NCBI RefSeq assembly: GCF_001194135.2
Contig: NC_068991.1
Coordinates: 15,737,208 to 15,773,655 of the forward strand
DNA: 36,448 bases
Source: Octopus bimaculoides
Taxonomy: Eukaryota
Direction of reading: 5' to 3'
Positions 1-9,734 of this stretch are shown piece after piece; the stretch's first letter is position 1, and each line of letters begins with the position of its first letter. The notes beneath the pieces are model-generated. The model searched no databases. It had not been told where the DNA came from and saw nothing but the letters and a program-made list of their open reading frames with translations. Made by a program: the position numbers and the translations under genes.

Positions 1-66
<66 letters not shown>
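1..66. repeat. (TC)n microsatellite
   Basis: Pure TC dinucleotide run from the window start. Confidence 0.98.
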
Positions 67-70
<4 letters not shown>

Positions 71-792
71 TTATAACATTTAATCCCCGAGCTTTAGTTA
101 TCACCTCTGATTGCCTTATATTGAATTATGGAATCTAGTTACCCACTTTTTCCTTTCTGCCTGCCTAACTACTGCCTACTGTTAACAAATACTCCCACGC
201 CCCTACAAAAAATTTGCCTACATCTTCAAACCACCATCCACCTCACCTTTTACTTGCATATCTCTGTTGAGATACTATCACACTATTTCATAACTGGACG
301 CGCGTGCTTCATAAATGGAGACTAGAAACTAAAATAATCATTGAGATAAATGAAAACTCCTCTGCGTCTTGTTATTAATATTATGGAAAATAACATAATA
401 AAACTAATCCATCGGATTATCTCTTATCATTTCAAACAGTCGTCAATCAATATACAACTAAAAAGCCATCAGACGACTTAAAATTCTTGATAAACTTTCA
501 AANNNNNNNNNNNNNNNNNNNNNNNNNNNNNNNNNNNNNNNNNNNNNNNNNNNNNNNNNNNNNNNNNNNNNNNNNNNNNNNNNNNNNNNNNNNNNNNNNN
601 NNNNNNNNNNNNNNNNNNNNNNNNNNNNNNNNNNNNNNNNNNNNNNNNNNNNNNNNNNNNNNNNNNNNNNNNNNNNNNNNNNNNNNNNNNNNNNNNNNNN
701 NNNNNNNNNNNNNNNNNNNNNNNNNNNNNNNNNNNNNNNNNNNNNNNNNNNNNNNNNNNNNNNNNNNNNNNNNNNNNNNNNNNNNNNNNNNN

Positions 793-842
793 ATATATAT
801 ATATACATACATACATACATACATACATACATACATACATGC
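793..842. repeat. (TA)n/(TACA)n microsatellite
   Basis: Direct read. Confidence 0.95.
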
Positions 843-847
843 ATACG

Positions 848-910
848 TACAGGTCGTCGTCGATTTACGACCACGAAGTCGATTTGGTCGTAAGTCGGCC
901 TATTGGCGTA
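848..910. mobile_element. Miniature Tc1/mariner (Tigger/pogo-like) TIR-only relic
   Basis: TA-CAGGTCGTCGTCGATTTACGACCA resembles the Tigger-type TIR CAGGTAGTCCTCGACTTACGACC. Its inverted partner TGGTCGTAAGTCG lies 11 nt downstream; the right terminus is degenerate. Confidence 0.45.
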
Positions 911-1346
911 CATAGTCTTGTTTTATATTTTTACATTCTTAAGGTACTTTCTCAGATAAAAGTCATACACAGCATACATATACAAAATTTAAACTTTTTT
1001 CTTTAAGTGGCCGCTGCGGGAATGCTAAACGCTAAATGCTAAACGCTAAAGCAAGAATCTCTCTCCCCATCAGCTTTGGTAGTTCCCCTAAATTTTTGTT
1101 GTGTGTATCTGACAATAATATCAATACAATTGAATGGTTTTCGTCCAGTATTATGGTTCAGAAATCTCCAAAATATAACATTCTCGATTATCTGATATTC
1201 AGCATTATATCGGTGGCCAGCCGGGTTATCCTACGTTGAGTAATAACAAAGAATGGTGGAATGTACGTATAAATTTCCTCTTTGATATTGTGCTTATACC
1301 ATGAGATGTTTTGAGCCCTTATAAAAAGTCTTGTGTATATACATAC

Positions 1347-1423
1347 CACCAATATGATCCTGAAGCTCTTTCTTCACAGTACAGGTTTCGAGACCATAAA
1401 GAAAACTGCTCTCTCCATATACC
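1347..1423 (-). CDS. Candidate internal exon (77 nt) of an unidentified minus-strand gene
   Basis: Acceptor tgtttgttttctttag, donor GTG/gtatgt. Two frames are open: GIWREQFSLWSRNLYCEERASGSYW (phase 0-2) and VYGESSFLYGLETCTVKKELQDHIG (phase 2-1). Frame unresolved. Confidence 0.5.
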
Positions 1424-1860
1424 CTAAAGAAAACAAACATCATTGACTATAAAATACTAGACTGCCAGTAAATATTTGAAATGTATTAAATTCAATAATG
1501 ATGATATTGAATATTTTATCTAACTTAAAATTGCATTGAATATAGTACTAACGGCATATATGTTTATTTCATTTAAATAACTGCATATCAAGTTGTTGAT
1601 TAATTTCATTATGAACGAGTCCACTATTTTATTTGCTTGAATTTCTCCAATATTAAACATGAATACAATCATATCTTTTGCTACATACACTTGAAAATAT
1701 ATACTTGACAGATGCAGCTGATGAGAAAATGTATGTAACAGTTGTGTTTAAGACATAAAATGAAAGCTTATTCTATGGAACAAAATGTTTGTTATCTAGT
1801 ATAGAATTCGAGGTCGGTGGATGTAAAAAAAATATAACCATTCACCGTAGTTAGACTTAC

Positions 1861-1907
1861 CTCTTTGATAGGGTTTCGAAATTTTCTTCTGATATTGGTT
1901 ATACTCT
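1861..1907 (-). CDS. Candidate exon (47 nt; 5' boundary uncertain, alternatives give 28 or 75 nt)
   Basis: Consensus donor GAG/gtaagt at 1860. Acceptor ccattcgttgcag is only moderate. Phase 1-0 frame reads SITNIRRKFRNPIKE and is compatible with 1347-1423 in phase 0. Confidence 0.4.
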
Positions 1908-2399
1908 CTGCAACGAATGGTTTCATTCTTACTCACTGTAACGGCAGTTCGCCATACATATTTTCTGTTGACTTTTTTTTAATGTCGTACAATCAGGTCG
2001 ATTTCTATGATTTGTTATTTCTGAACGCGCAATTTATAATACTGAGATCAAATCTTCGTTGAAGAATTAGTAGAATGTGTGCATGGGGTGAACCACACTT
2101 TTTGGAATTTTGTAATATAAAAGAGATCTCTCGTACTTTTTCTTATAAAAAATGTCTAAAAAATTCACTCCGGCATCTAAATAGAAGTTAGACTTATATG
2201 ACCTATGTTACAATGCTTTAATGCACTAAAAAAAAATCTTCTTCAATATGCACTACTGAAATTGGGGTGTGTCAGATATACCTATATGTCTTTTATGCCT
2301 TCAAATACGGTGTTTCTCAAATATTTCTCTTGTTACAATATCTTCCAGTAAAAACTATCTGTTTTTGTTACATATCATTGCAACTATATCAAATCAGTC

Positions 2400-2800
2400 T
2401 GGAGCGGTTTGTCTTGGGAAAAGGCACTCTGATATTTCAGGCTAATGAACATTACTAGTCATACTGACCGAGAATTGAGAAGAACCGTAATTTCGTATAA
2501 AGAATTCATATTTCTTCGCGAGTGTAGAAAAGAAGACGGCAAATTTGCTGCTCTGCCATTTTACCCTGCATTGATCGCTGCAATATTATTTTCAAAATGA
2601 TTCATACTCAGGACGGAGCTTCTGCTGCGCATACAGACAGCCAAAACCGTATCCAGTAAAAGACCACCCGGCTGAGAGGCAGAGGTTGGAGCATGACTTT
2701 AAGAAGAACGTTAATTGTATCAATTTCACCTGATTAAGTGGGACTTGCAAAGCTCATGGGGAATACATATTTCTCCAAACTCAAGAACTTAAAACAAAAG
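2400..2800 (+). pseudogene. Possible highly degenerate Tc1/mariner transposase fragment
   Basis: Translation ILPCIDRCNIIFKMIHTQDGASAAHT resembles the F-x-QDGA-x-AH motif at the second catalytic Asp. No TIRs recognised. Confidence 0.3.
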
Positions 2801-3020
2801 AAAGCCTTTGGTATTGATCGACTTTCAACGTTTGCCCCTGATTTCTTACAAAATTCAAATTCTTAGTTTCAATCAACATGTGTGAATCATCAGGCCATTG
2901 TTAGAAGAATTTCCCAGCTTGCAGAATTGGATCTATATTTCATTCTCGGTCCACTACTGAGGTTTTATGCTGAGCTTTCAATAAACTTGGTTTCGCATTC
3001 TTTATCTTCGTTTTATTATT

Positions 3021-3180
3021 ATTCGTCTTCACGTTCTGAGTTCAAATTCTGCCGAGGTCGACTTTGTCTTACATCCTCTCGGGGTCGATTAAATAAGTAC
3101 AAGTTAAGCACTGGGATCCATGTAATCAACTAGTCTCCTCCCCCAGAATTTCGGGCTTTGTGTCTTTATTAGAAAGGATT
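3021..3180 (+). mobile_element. SINE family A, 5'-truncated, with (ATT)n tail
   Basis: B box GAGTTCAAATTC, central GTCGACTTTG..CATCCTCTCGGGGTCGAT, tail ..AGAAAGGATT followed by (ATT)n. Confidence 0.85.
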
Positions 3181-3190
3181 ATTATTATTA

Positions 3191-3246
<56 letters not shown>

Positions 3247-3273
3247 TTTATTNNNNNNNNNNATTAGAAAGCA

Positions 3274-3304
<31 letters not shown>

Positions 3305-3318
3305 TTTATTATCATTAT
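3178..3318. repeat. (ATT)n microsatellite with a 10-nt gap
   Basis: Direct read. Confidence 0.95.
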
Positions 3319-3319
3319 T

Positions 3320-4553
3320 GAGTGAGAGAGCAGCGCATACCTACAAAGTGACACTGGGATAAAATATACGAAGCCCAGTATACCCACCATGACTACCTGT
3401 CTGATAAGGGTACACCAGGCACATGCATCACAACCATATATAGGTGACATGGTGATCTCATATCAAGATAAACAGCGCATGACTTTGCACGTGGGGCCCA
3501 GTTAGAATTTTCTTCAGGTCGAGTAGCCCATCCCGCTCAAGAGGTCCCTGAATAAGGGTTGTTTAAGGATGTTAAACAAAACACCCATGTTTCCATATGT
3601 GAATTATCCAAATCACAAAGAATTCCTCTCGACACATAGCTATGAGCTACTACAATCACTGGTAATGTAACCGTCTTGAGATGTCACATCGATTTCTATG
3701 AGCAAATCTTTATATTTTCTGAGCTTATCAAATTCTTTTGTTGAGAAATTATTGTCACAGGTTATGCTCATGTCAATCAATAAACAGACTTTATTGTTTT
3801 GATCTTTCACAACAATATCTGGTTTATTTGCTTTGATGGTCCGGTTTGTACATCCTGAGAATTCCCAAAGAATAGTTACATTTTCTCCCTCAGTTACAGC
3901 CTTAGGGTGGTGCTTGTACCATTTGTCAGTAGTTTTGATTTTATAATGCCGACACATTATCCAATGTAGATATGGGCCAACTTTGTCATGTCTTGATTTG
4001 TACTCTACAGGTGCTAAAACTTTACATCCAGAGATTAGGTGGTCCACTGTTTCTATCCCATCGTTGCAGTATCGTCACTTTGGGTCTACACCATTTTCCA
4101 TCACATTGGCTTGATAGTTTCGCAACAGTAAGCTCTGATCTTAGGCAGCCAAGATAAATCTTTCACCCTCTACCTTTATCCCTGAGCTCCATAGCCACTG
4201 ATGGGTGTGCTTCTGGTCTACACCAGCTTGTTTGCTACGGGCCACATATTTTCCATGCAGAGGTTTTTGCTTCCACATATCCAATTGTTCAAACGCATTT
4301 TGCTTTGCTATTGATTTCACTTTCTTTGCAACTACAGTTGCTGCACTTCCATCATGTTGTTCAACCTGGATATTATGCATAAACTCACTTGAAAATTTTT
4401 TGCTCTCCCTCATAACAGAACGAAGCTTCTTACGTATTTCACGGTTTTGAACCAGCGTTAGATGTTCCAAGATATTTTGCCAGTCCAATTGTGGTAGTTT
4501 TGTAGGAGATTTCAAATTGGATCAAGCCTCGACCTCCTTGAGCCCTGGGTAGG
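3320..4553 (-). mobile_element. 5'-truncated, inactivated R4/Dong-clade non-LTR retrotransposon (RT thumb/linker, zinc knuckle, restriction-like endonuclease, 3' UTR)
   Basis: Minus strand reads LPRAQGGRGL (frameshift) ..WKQKPLHGKY..THQWL..FILAA*DQ..K*RYC..ETVDHLISGC..RHDKV..NKPDIVV..LIDMS..KLRKYKDL. It has two in-frame stops (4141-4143 and about 4075), a frameshift near 3690, and then jumps into the 3' UTR. Flanked by (TAA)n-like tracts. Confidence 0.88.
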
Positions 4554-4675
4554 ATTATTAATGTTGTTGTGGTTATTGTTGTTATCATCATTATTTTGAA
4601 TACATCAAAGTAAGATAAACATATTTTCCATGATTGTTAACAGTACGGACAAACTAGTTAATTAACATTACTTAC

Positions 4676-4717
4676 GCGCTGAGAAAAAGAAAACATATAT
4701 CCAGTTAATATTTTTAG
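4676..4717 (-). CDS. Candidate small exon: 3 nt (4676-4678) or 42 nt (4676-4717)
   Basis: Donor gtaagta at 4675. Two acceptors: gttttctttttctcag (4679) and aactttcttcag (4718). Both lengths preserve frame. Confidence 0.3.
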
Positions 4718-5083
4718 CTGAAGAAAGTTTTTTAACTTTTGGGATACGCTTTGGTCTTGTTAAAGCTTCTCAGCGAAACATTTATCTTTTATTTTCACGT
4801 CAATATTAACAGAGTGAAAATTTCTTACAATGACACAAAATTAGGAATATTTAAGGTGGAATGAGCAACAGAAAAAGCCTGAAATGGCACACTTCCTATT
4901 TTCCTTCTCTGATAAAGTTGTGGGGAAGCTTTATCATTGTCATCATCTTAGTTCTTTTAGTTCCAGGTGTATTTTTGACAGTGTGTTCTGTCGCATTCCA
5001 TCGTAAGTATATCTGGTTCTCTTTTGTCCTTCCACATTTGATAATAAGTCTTCTCAATTGGAGCCGGTCAGAGTATATGCCTT

Positions 5084-5400
5084 TAGTAGTAAGCATCCGT
5101 CGGTCTCGCAAGACCATGGATCTGCACCTAGAGAATTCGTGTCAGTTACTGATGGCGGTGCAACGTCTGTTATGGCTGTACAGACCCACACGGGAGTGGC
5201 AGTCATGCATACAGCGACTGCATTTGAAAAAGCTCTCTACCGGCGTTACAGGCATTTCCTTCATTCGGGTGCGCTTTTCCTTGGTGGCAAGTTCCAGTTT
5301 CTCTTTCGCTCGCTTCATTTCCTTTCGCAGTATTTGTCTCCTGCGAGGGCGATCATTTACGACCTCCTCCCATCTCAAAACGTCCAAATCTACCTTTTTG
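5084..5400 (-). mobile_element. RTE-clade LINE 3' fragment
   Basis: KVDLDVLRWEEVVNDR..FKCSRCMHDCHSRVGLYSHNRRC (WE-x-x-x-x-DR motif plus C-terminal C2H2-like finger typical of RTE), then 3' end CATGGTCTTGCGAGACCGACGGATGC and a short (TAC) tail. Confidence 0.8.
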
Positions 5401-5507
5401 GGGAAAAATGACTAGAAGAAAATTCGCTTCATTAAAAGACTTTCCTAATGTTTTTTTCTTTCTTTTCGGAAAACTTATTTTTTTCAGCGGGAATTATTTT
5501 CAAAAGT

Positions 5508-5897
5508 GGAGGTGCAATGACCCAGTGGTTAGGGCAGCGGACTCGCGGTCATAGGATCGCGGTTTCGATTCCCAGACCGGGTGTTGTGAGTGTTTATTGA
5601 GCGAAAACACCTAAAAGCTCCACGAGGCTCCGGCAGGGGATGGTGGCAAACCCTGCTGTACTCTTCCACCACAACTTTCTCTCACTCTTACTTCCTGTTT
5701 CTGTTGTGCCTGTATTTCAAAGGGTTAGCCTTGTCACACTGTGTCACGCTGAATATCCCCGAGAGCTATGTTAAGGGTATACGTGTCTGTGGAGTGCTCA
5801 GCCACTTGCACGTTAATTTTACGAGCAGGCTGTTTCGTTGATCGGATCAACTGGAACCCTCGTCGTCGTAAATGACGGAGTGCCAACAAAAAAAAAA
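5508..5897 (+). mobile_element. SINE family B, full length
   Basis: tRNA-like head (A box TGACCCAGTGG, B box GGTTTCGATTCC), body, tail ..GACGGAGTGCCAACAAAA. Closely matches the reverse complement of 32222-32604. Possible degenerate TSD ATTTTCAAA. Confidence 0.9.
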
Positions 5898-6779
5898 TTT
5901 TTCAAAGGAAGTGTAGGAACAAAATAATGGAGAGTTGTGTATTCATTAATAAAGTATTGTTACGGTCCTCTTTCATCTTCCATAGCAAAACTTGTGAGCT
6001 GCGAAAATTTTGCTGTTTGTAGTCTCGTCGCCTGAAATGCAAGAGGTGCCTAGGTACAAGTTCTGCAGTATTTTAAGAACAAGTTATACTTTCGAGAGAT
6101 TCGATAAAACAAAATCTTCAGTCACAAAAGAAAGCTTCTCGAAAACAATAAAGGAAGTTGCAAACTATCTGTAGTCAGTTTGCATTTATACAAAGAGCCT
6201 AAAACAGAACACAAATACGTTGGGAACATTCTCAAAGAATAGCAGAATATTGCAAACTGAAACAATTACTTTCTGCAGCGAAATAAAAGAACGCCGTAAT
6301 GAACAGTTTGAACAACGGGTTTAGCTGCTCATATTGTTTCATATGCCATACGTCAACAAATAGAGGGGGAAATTGGAGAAAAAGTCACAGGAAAACTTCA
6401 GTGAATGAATGATTTAATTATTTGTGCATTGTTTTGCTTAAGATGTTGAATATAACGTTTGATTTTATGCACACACATTTAATACCATTCTATATAAATT
6501 GTGTTGTTACTGCATACAAATTGTGCAGTTTCATTTGAAAAGCACACTTAAAATATTTATGACATTTAAATAAAATGTGACATTTTGTGCTGTGCCCTTT
6601 TTATACTACCACTATTTTTTTTTTATGACTATTTCCATTCACCGTGTAAACAACTACTTGAAGTTTGCTGTACTAACTATTTCATGTATAGGAACAAGTA
6701 TTGCCAAAAGAGAACAGATCTCTCCGAGAATCGGGGTATATTAGTGATGAATAGAAAAAGAAATGAAAATAGAAAGGTA

Positions 6780-7130
6780 CTCGAGAATACAAGAATATTC
6801 TCATTTATGACATGGATTTGAATTTTGACAGATAATTATTATCTTCAATCAACCAGACCCAGGAATATTTTTTATCCGCAATACTACAAGGCTTATTGAT
6901 GGAGCATTTTCAGCGGTAACCGTTACTTCCGAACTTACCCCAGAGCCATTTGCTCGGATATGTGGGTATACTTTTCTCTTCGTAAAATCATAGTCAGCCT
7001 ATAAAGGACTTTTCTGGAAAATCTTGAACAAAAATGTTCATCTGGAATCCAATACACTTTTCACAATCGACTTTGAACGTACCACGATCGATATGGATTT
7101 GACATTTCTGATAGCACAGCTGTCACGGTA
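6780..7130 (+). pseudogene. Degenerate MULE (Mutator-like) DDE transposase fragment
   Basis: KNILIYDMDLNFDR (frameshift) IIIF..LIDGAFSAV..YTFLFVKS*SAYKGLFWKIL..TIDFERTTI..TFLIAQLS is collinear with the MULE motifs LLYD / RILIF / DGTF / Y-x-x-LF / TDFE / FP-x-A. In-frame TAG at 6991-6993. Confidence 0.6.
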
Positions 7131-7231
7131 TTCGAGAATACGAGAATATTCTCATTTATGACATGGATTTGAATTCTGACAGATAATCATTATCTTCAAT
7201 CAACCAGACACAAGGATATGTTTATCCGTAA
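7131..7231 (+). repeat. Direct duplicate of 6781-6882
   Basis: About 100 bp at roughly 90% identity by eye, 350 bp period. Confidence 0.92.
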
Positions 7232-7346
7232 TCTAAAGTTCACAGAGACAGGTGTAAAGTTTAGCATTTATTGCTAAATCAGGAGTGATAAATGAAAAGA
7301 AACACTTTTGTGGTTTGTTGGATGGATTGCTTTTATACCTATAGAG

Positions 7347-7521
7347 CAGGGGTCGGCGAACCGAGGTACATCACCTCAAGTGGGATAAAAATGAAATTTT
7401 TGGGTGTAATGAGGACTATTCCTTGTTATCTATGATTTTCTTCCTTTCGAATCAAGGGGGCAACGTCGGCGTAAATAAATGTATTTTGGAATTATTGGTT
7501 AAAAAGGTTCCCTGACTCCTG
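7347..7521. mobile_element. hAT (Charlie-like) MITE, 175 bp
   Basis: TIRs CAGGGGTCGGCGAACC / reverse complement CAGGAGTCAGGGAACC (13/16 identical). 8-bp TSD CTATAGAG / CTATAGAC. Confidence 0.82.
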
Positions 7522-7544
7522 CTATAGACGAAATAGTTAATTGG

Positions 7545-7795
7545 CTGCATTCCCAGCGATACGTTGTATCCTTGTGCAGGACACTTTATTTCATGTCCCT
7601 CCAGTCCACTCAGCTGGCAAAAATGAGTAGTAACTGTGTTTCAAAGGGCCAATTTTGTCACATTCTGTCATGCTGAATCTCCCTGACAACTGCGTTAAGG
7701 ATACGCGTATCTGTGGATTGCGCGTTAATTATTTCACGAGCAGGTTGTTCCGTTGATCGGATCGACTGGAACCCTTGCTGTCGTCACCGACAGTC
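7545..7795 (+). mobile_element. SINE with family-D core joined to a family-B 3' half
   Basis: 5' part GTATCCTTGTGCAGGACACTTTATTTCA..CAGTCCACTCAGCTGGCAAAAATGAGTA resembles the 10870-11110 core. From TTTCAAAGGGCC onward it aligns with 5715-5880. Confidence 0.7.
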
Positions 7796-8194
7796 AGTAC
7801 CGTGCCTGATAGATGTCTAGTGAATTATTTCAGAAGCAACAATGTGTTTGGAACATATCGTATCCAGCCACTAACGCTTCTTAGTGAAATATTTCCTCTG
7901 ATGTGCTTTTTTAAGGATTCTTCCCCTTTTTCCATTACAGTTGTAGATGCTCATCAGGCAAACAACGATGAAGAAGCTCACAACAATAACTAACGTGGGA
8001 GTTGTGAATAAGAAAAGATCAGGCTTTCAGGGTTTTCGTGGTATGACACCAATAGAACGAAATGAAAGTGCCATAAAATTGTAATGACAACGTTTGATGA
8101 ATTCGTTTAACTTTGTGAATAAAATAATGACCTTGGAGGAATTTCTGAATGGCGGCGAACCAAAATGAACTTTAAATGAACCTAGAACACTTAC

Positions 8195-8254
8195 TTAGGC
8201 GAAATTTTACAATATTGATCATTTCGGTTTCCAAAGAAACAGTAGTATTAGGTT
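8195..8254 (-). CDS. Candidate exon (60 nt, phase 1-1) or coding end of an alternative first exon
   Basis: Donor gtaagtg at 8194, acceptor ctttataaacag. Only one frame is open: PNTTVSLETEMINIVKFRL. Confidence 0.35.
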
Positions 8255-8420
8255 CTGTTTATAAAGATCATTTTTTACGATTGTGTAAATAATTTTTACA
8301 TAAACCAGTAAAACAGTGAACTATAAATTTACAATGCAAGTGTTAATGCCTGTACAACTGTACAATACTTATAAGGTCTTCGTTGTTGGCGTTTTATCAA
8401 ATAACAGCCACATTCACTGC

Positions 8421-8448
8421 TGATTACGTTGCCTAGGTAACGTAATCA
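8421..8448. promoter_or_regulatory. 28-bp near-palindrome containing an RFX X-box (GTTGCCTAGGTAAC, 8428-8441)
   Basis: TGATTACGTTGCCTAGGTAACGTAATCA is self-complementary except for one G/T pair. The core fits the X-box consensus GTNRCC-N0-3-RGYAAC. Confidence 0.55.
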
Positions 8449-9734
8449 AATTTAGGCTATTTAGATCATTGTCTCTAGCGAAAATTCTGGGCAGTTAAAA
8501 GACTTCATTATATGGGTGTTCTTCATGATACATAACGAAAATTATATAATTATTAAACTGTTTTATTCTTTTGTGGTTTATCTTTATCGAAAATTTTAAT
8601 CATTACGCATTTGCTTTGAGGCGTTTTTTTTTATTCTCGAGTCTTTTGTCCTATTCTACATTTCGCTGGATTTTTTTTTTTTAATTGATCTTTTCGATTT
8701 GTCCGTGAGAGATTTGTCCTGGCCTGGGGGATGATGTCCTACACTCGTGTATACACGTTAATCAATCTCTCTCTCTCTCTCTACACACACACATCAGTGA
8801 ACAAACAGTAAATTCTAGACATTTTTCAGCTAATCTAGTAGATACAGCGTCCAGCTGCTGTTGGTGATGGCGTACCTAGTTTTTCTCCCCATAGTCTCTC
8901 TCTTTCTCTCTCTATTGTATAGTTATTGATTCACTTTACAGTCTGGTAGACGCGCACTGTCAGTACACGACTAGAAAGCATGATGGAAAATTCCATGACG
9001 TAATACATAGTTCTAAGCTCTACTTCCCCTTCTACAGCGAGTAAATAATGTCTGCCAAATAGCTTGCTTTTATCTCTACGCTTCTAATCAATTTTTCTTT
9101 TTCAAGTAGCGGTTCATTCGTTTATTTATTTTTTCCTTCCTTTATTCATTTCTGTCCTCCCTTCATGCAGCTTGGTCTCCGATGCTTTCATTTCACTTTT
9201 CCGTTTGATGGTGAAAAATCTTGTTTTATTTCTCTCTTCTTTCATCACTTCGTAAATGAAAGAGATGAGCCGGAGGGACATAAAGAGACACAAGTATATA
9301 TATAAATATGTATATATNNNNNNNNNNNNNNNNNNNNNNNNNNNNNNNNNNNNNNNNNNNNNNNNNNNNNNNNNNNNNNNNNNNNNNNNNNNNNNNNNNN
9401 NNNNNNNNNNNNNNNNNNNNNNNNNNNNNNNNNNNNNNNNNNNNNNNNNNNNNNNNNNNNNNNNNNNNNNNNNNNNNNNNNNNNNNNNNNNNNNNNNNNN
9501 NNNNNNNNNNNNNNNNNNNNNNNNNNNNNNNNNNNNNNNNNNNNNNNNNNNNNNNNNNNNNNNNNNNNNNNNNNNNNNNNNNNNNNNNNNNNNNNNNNNN
9601 NNNNNNNNNNNNNNNNNNNNNNNNNNNNNNNNNNNNNNNNNNNNNNNNNNNNNNNNNNNNNNNNNNNNNNNNNNNNNNNNNNNNNNNNNNNNNNNNNNNN
9701 NNNNNNNNNNNNNNATATATATATATATATATAC

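Noticed and set aside
247-321. 75-nt minus-strand segment with acceptor and gtgagg donor
   Set aside because: All three frames contain stops; it could only be a terminal or UTR exon and cannot be supported.
1718-1790. CTGATGA motif (also CTGAAGA at 29705, CAGATGA..CGAAAC near 32030, and CTGAAGA in the Dong 3' UTR)
   Set aside because: No helix II closing onto GAAA and no helix I/III pairing, so these are not hammerheads.
5508-5580. tRNA-like sequences at SINE heads
   Set aside because: A and B boxes are present but there is no complete cloverleaf or acceptor stem, and they continue into multi-copy SINE bodies.
5964-6031. 68-nt minus-strand exon candidate with a good acceptor
   Set aside because: Weak donor (gtaaca), and the open frames are not phase-compatible with neighbouring candidates.
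7947-8084. Plus-strand 45-aa frame containing KKR-SGFQGFRG, resembling a tachykinin-related FxGxR-amide peptide
   Set aside because: The Gly is followed by Met rather than a basic cleavage site, there is only one copy and no signal peptide, and the strongest acceptor (7940) puts a stop in frame.
9020-9046. Plus-strand ttctacag/CGA/gtaaat microexon look-alike (similarly 19520-19560)
   Set aside because: Weak donor or no supporting plus-strand gene. Recorded because it shows such patterns arise by chance.
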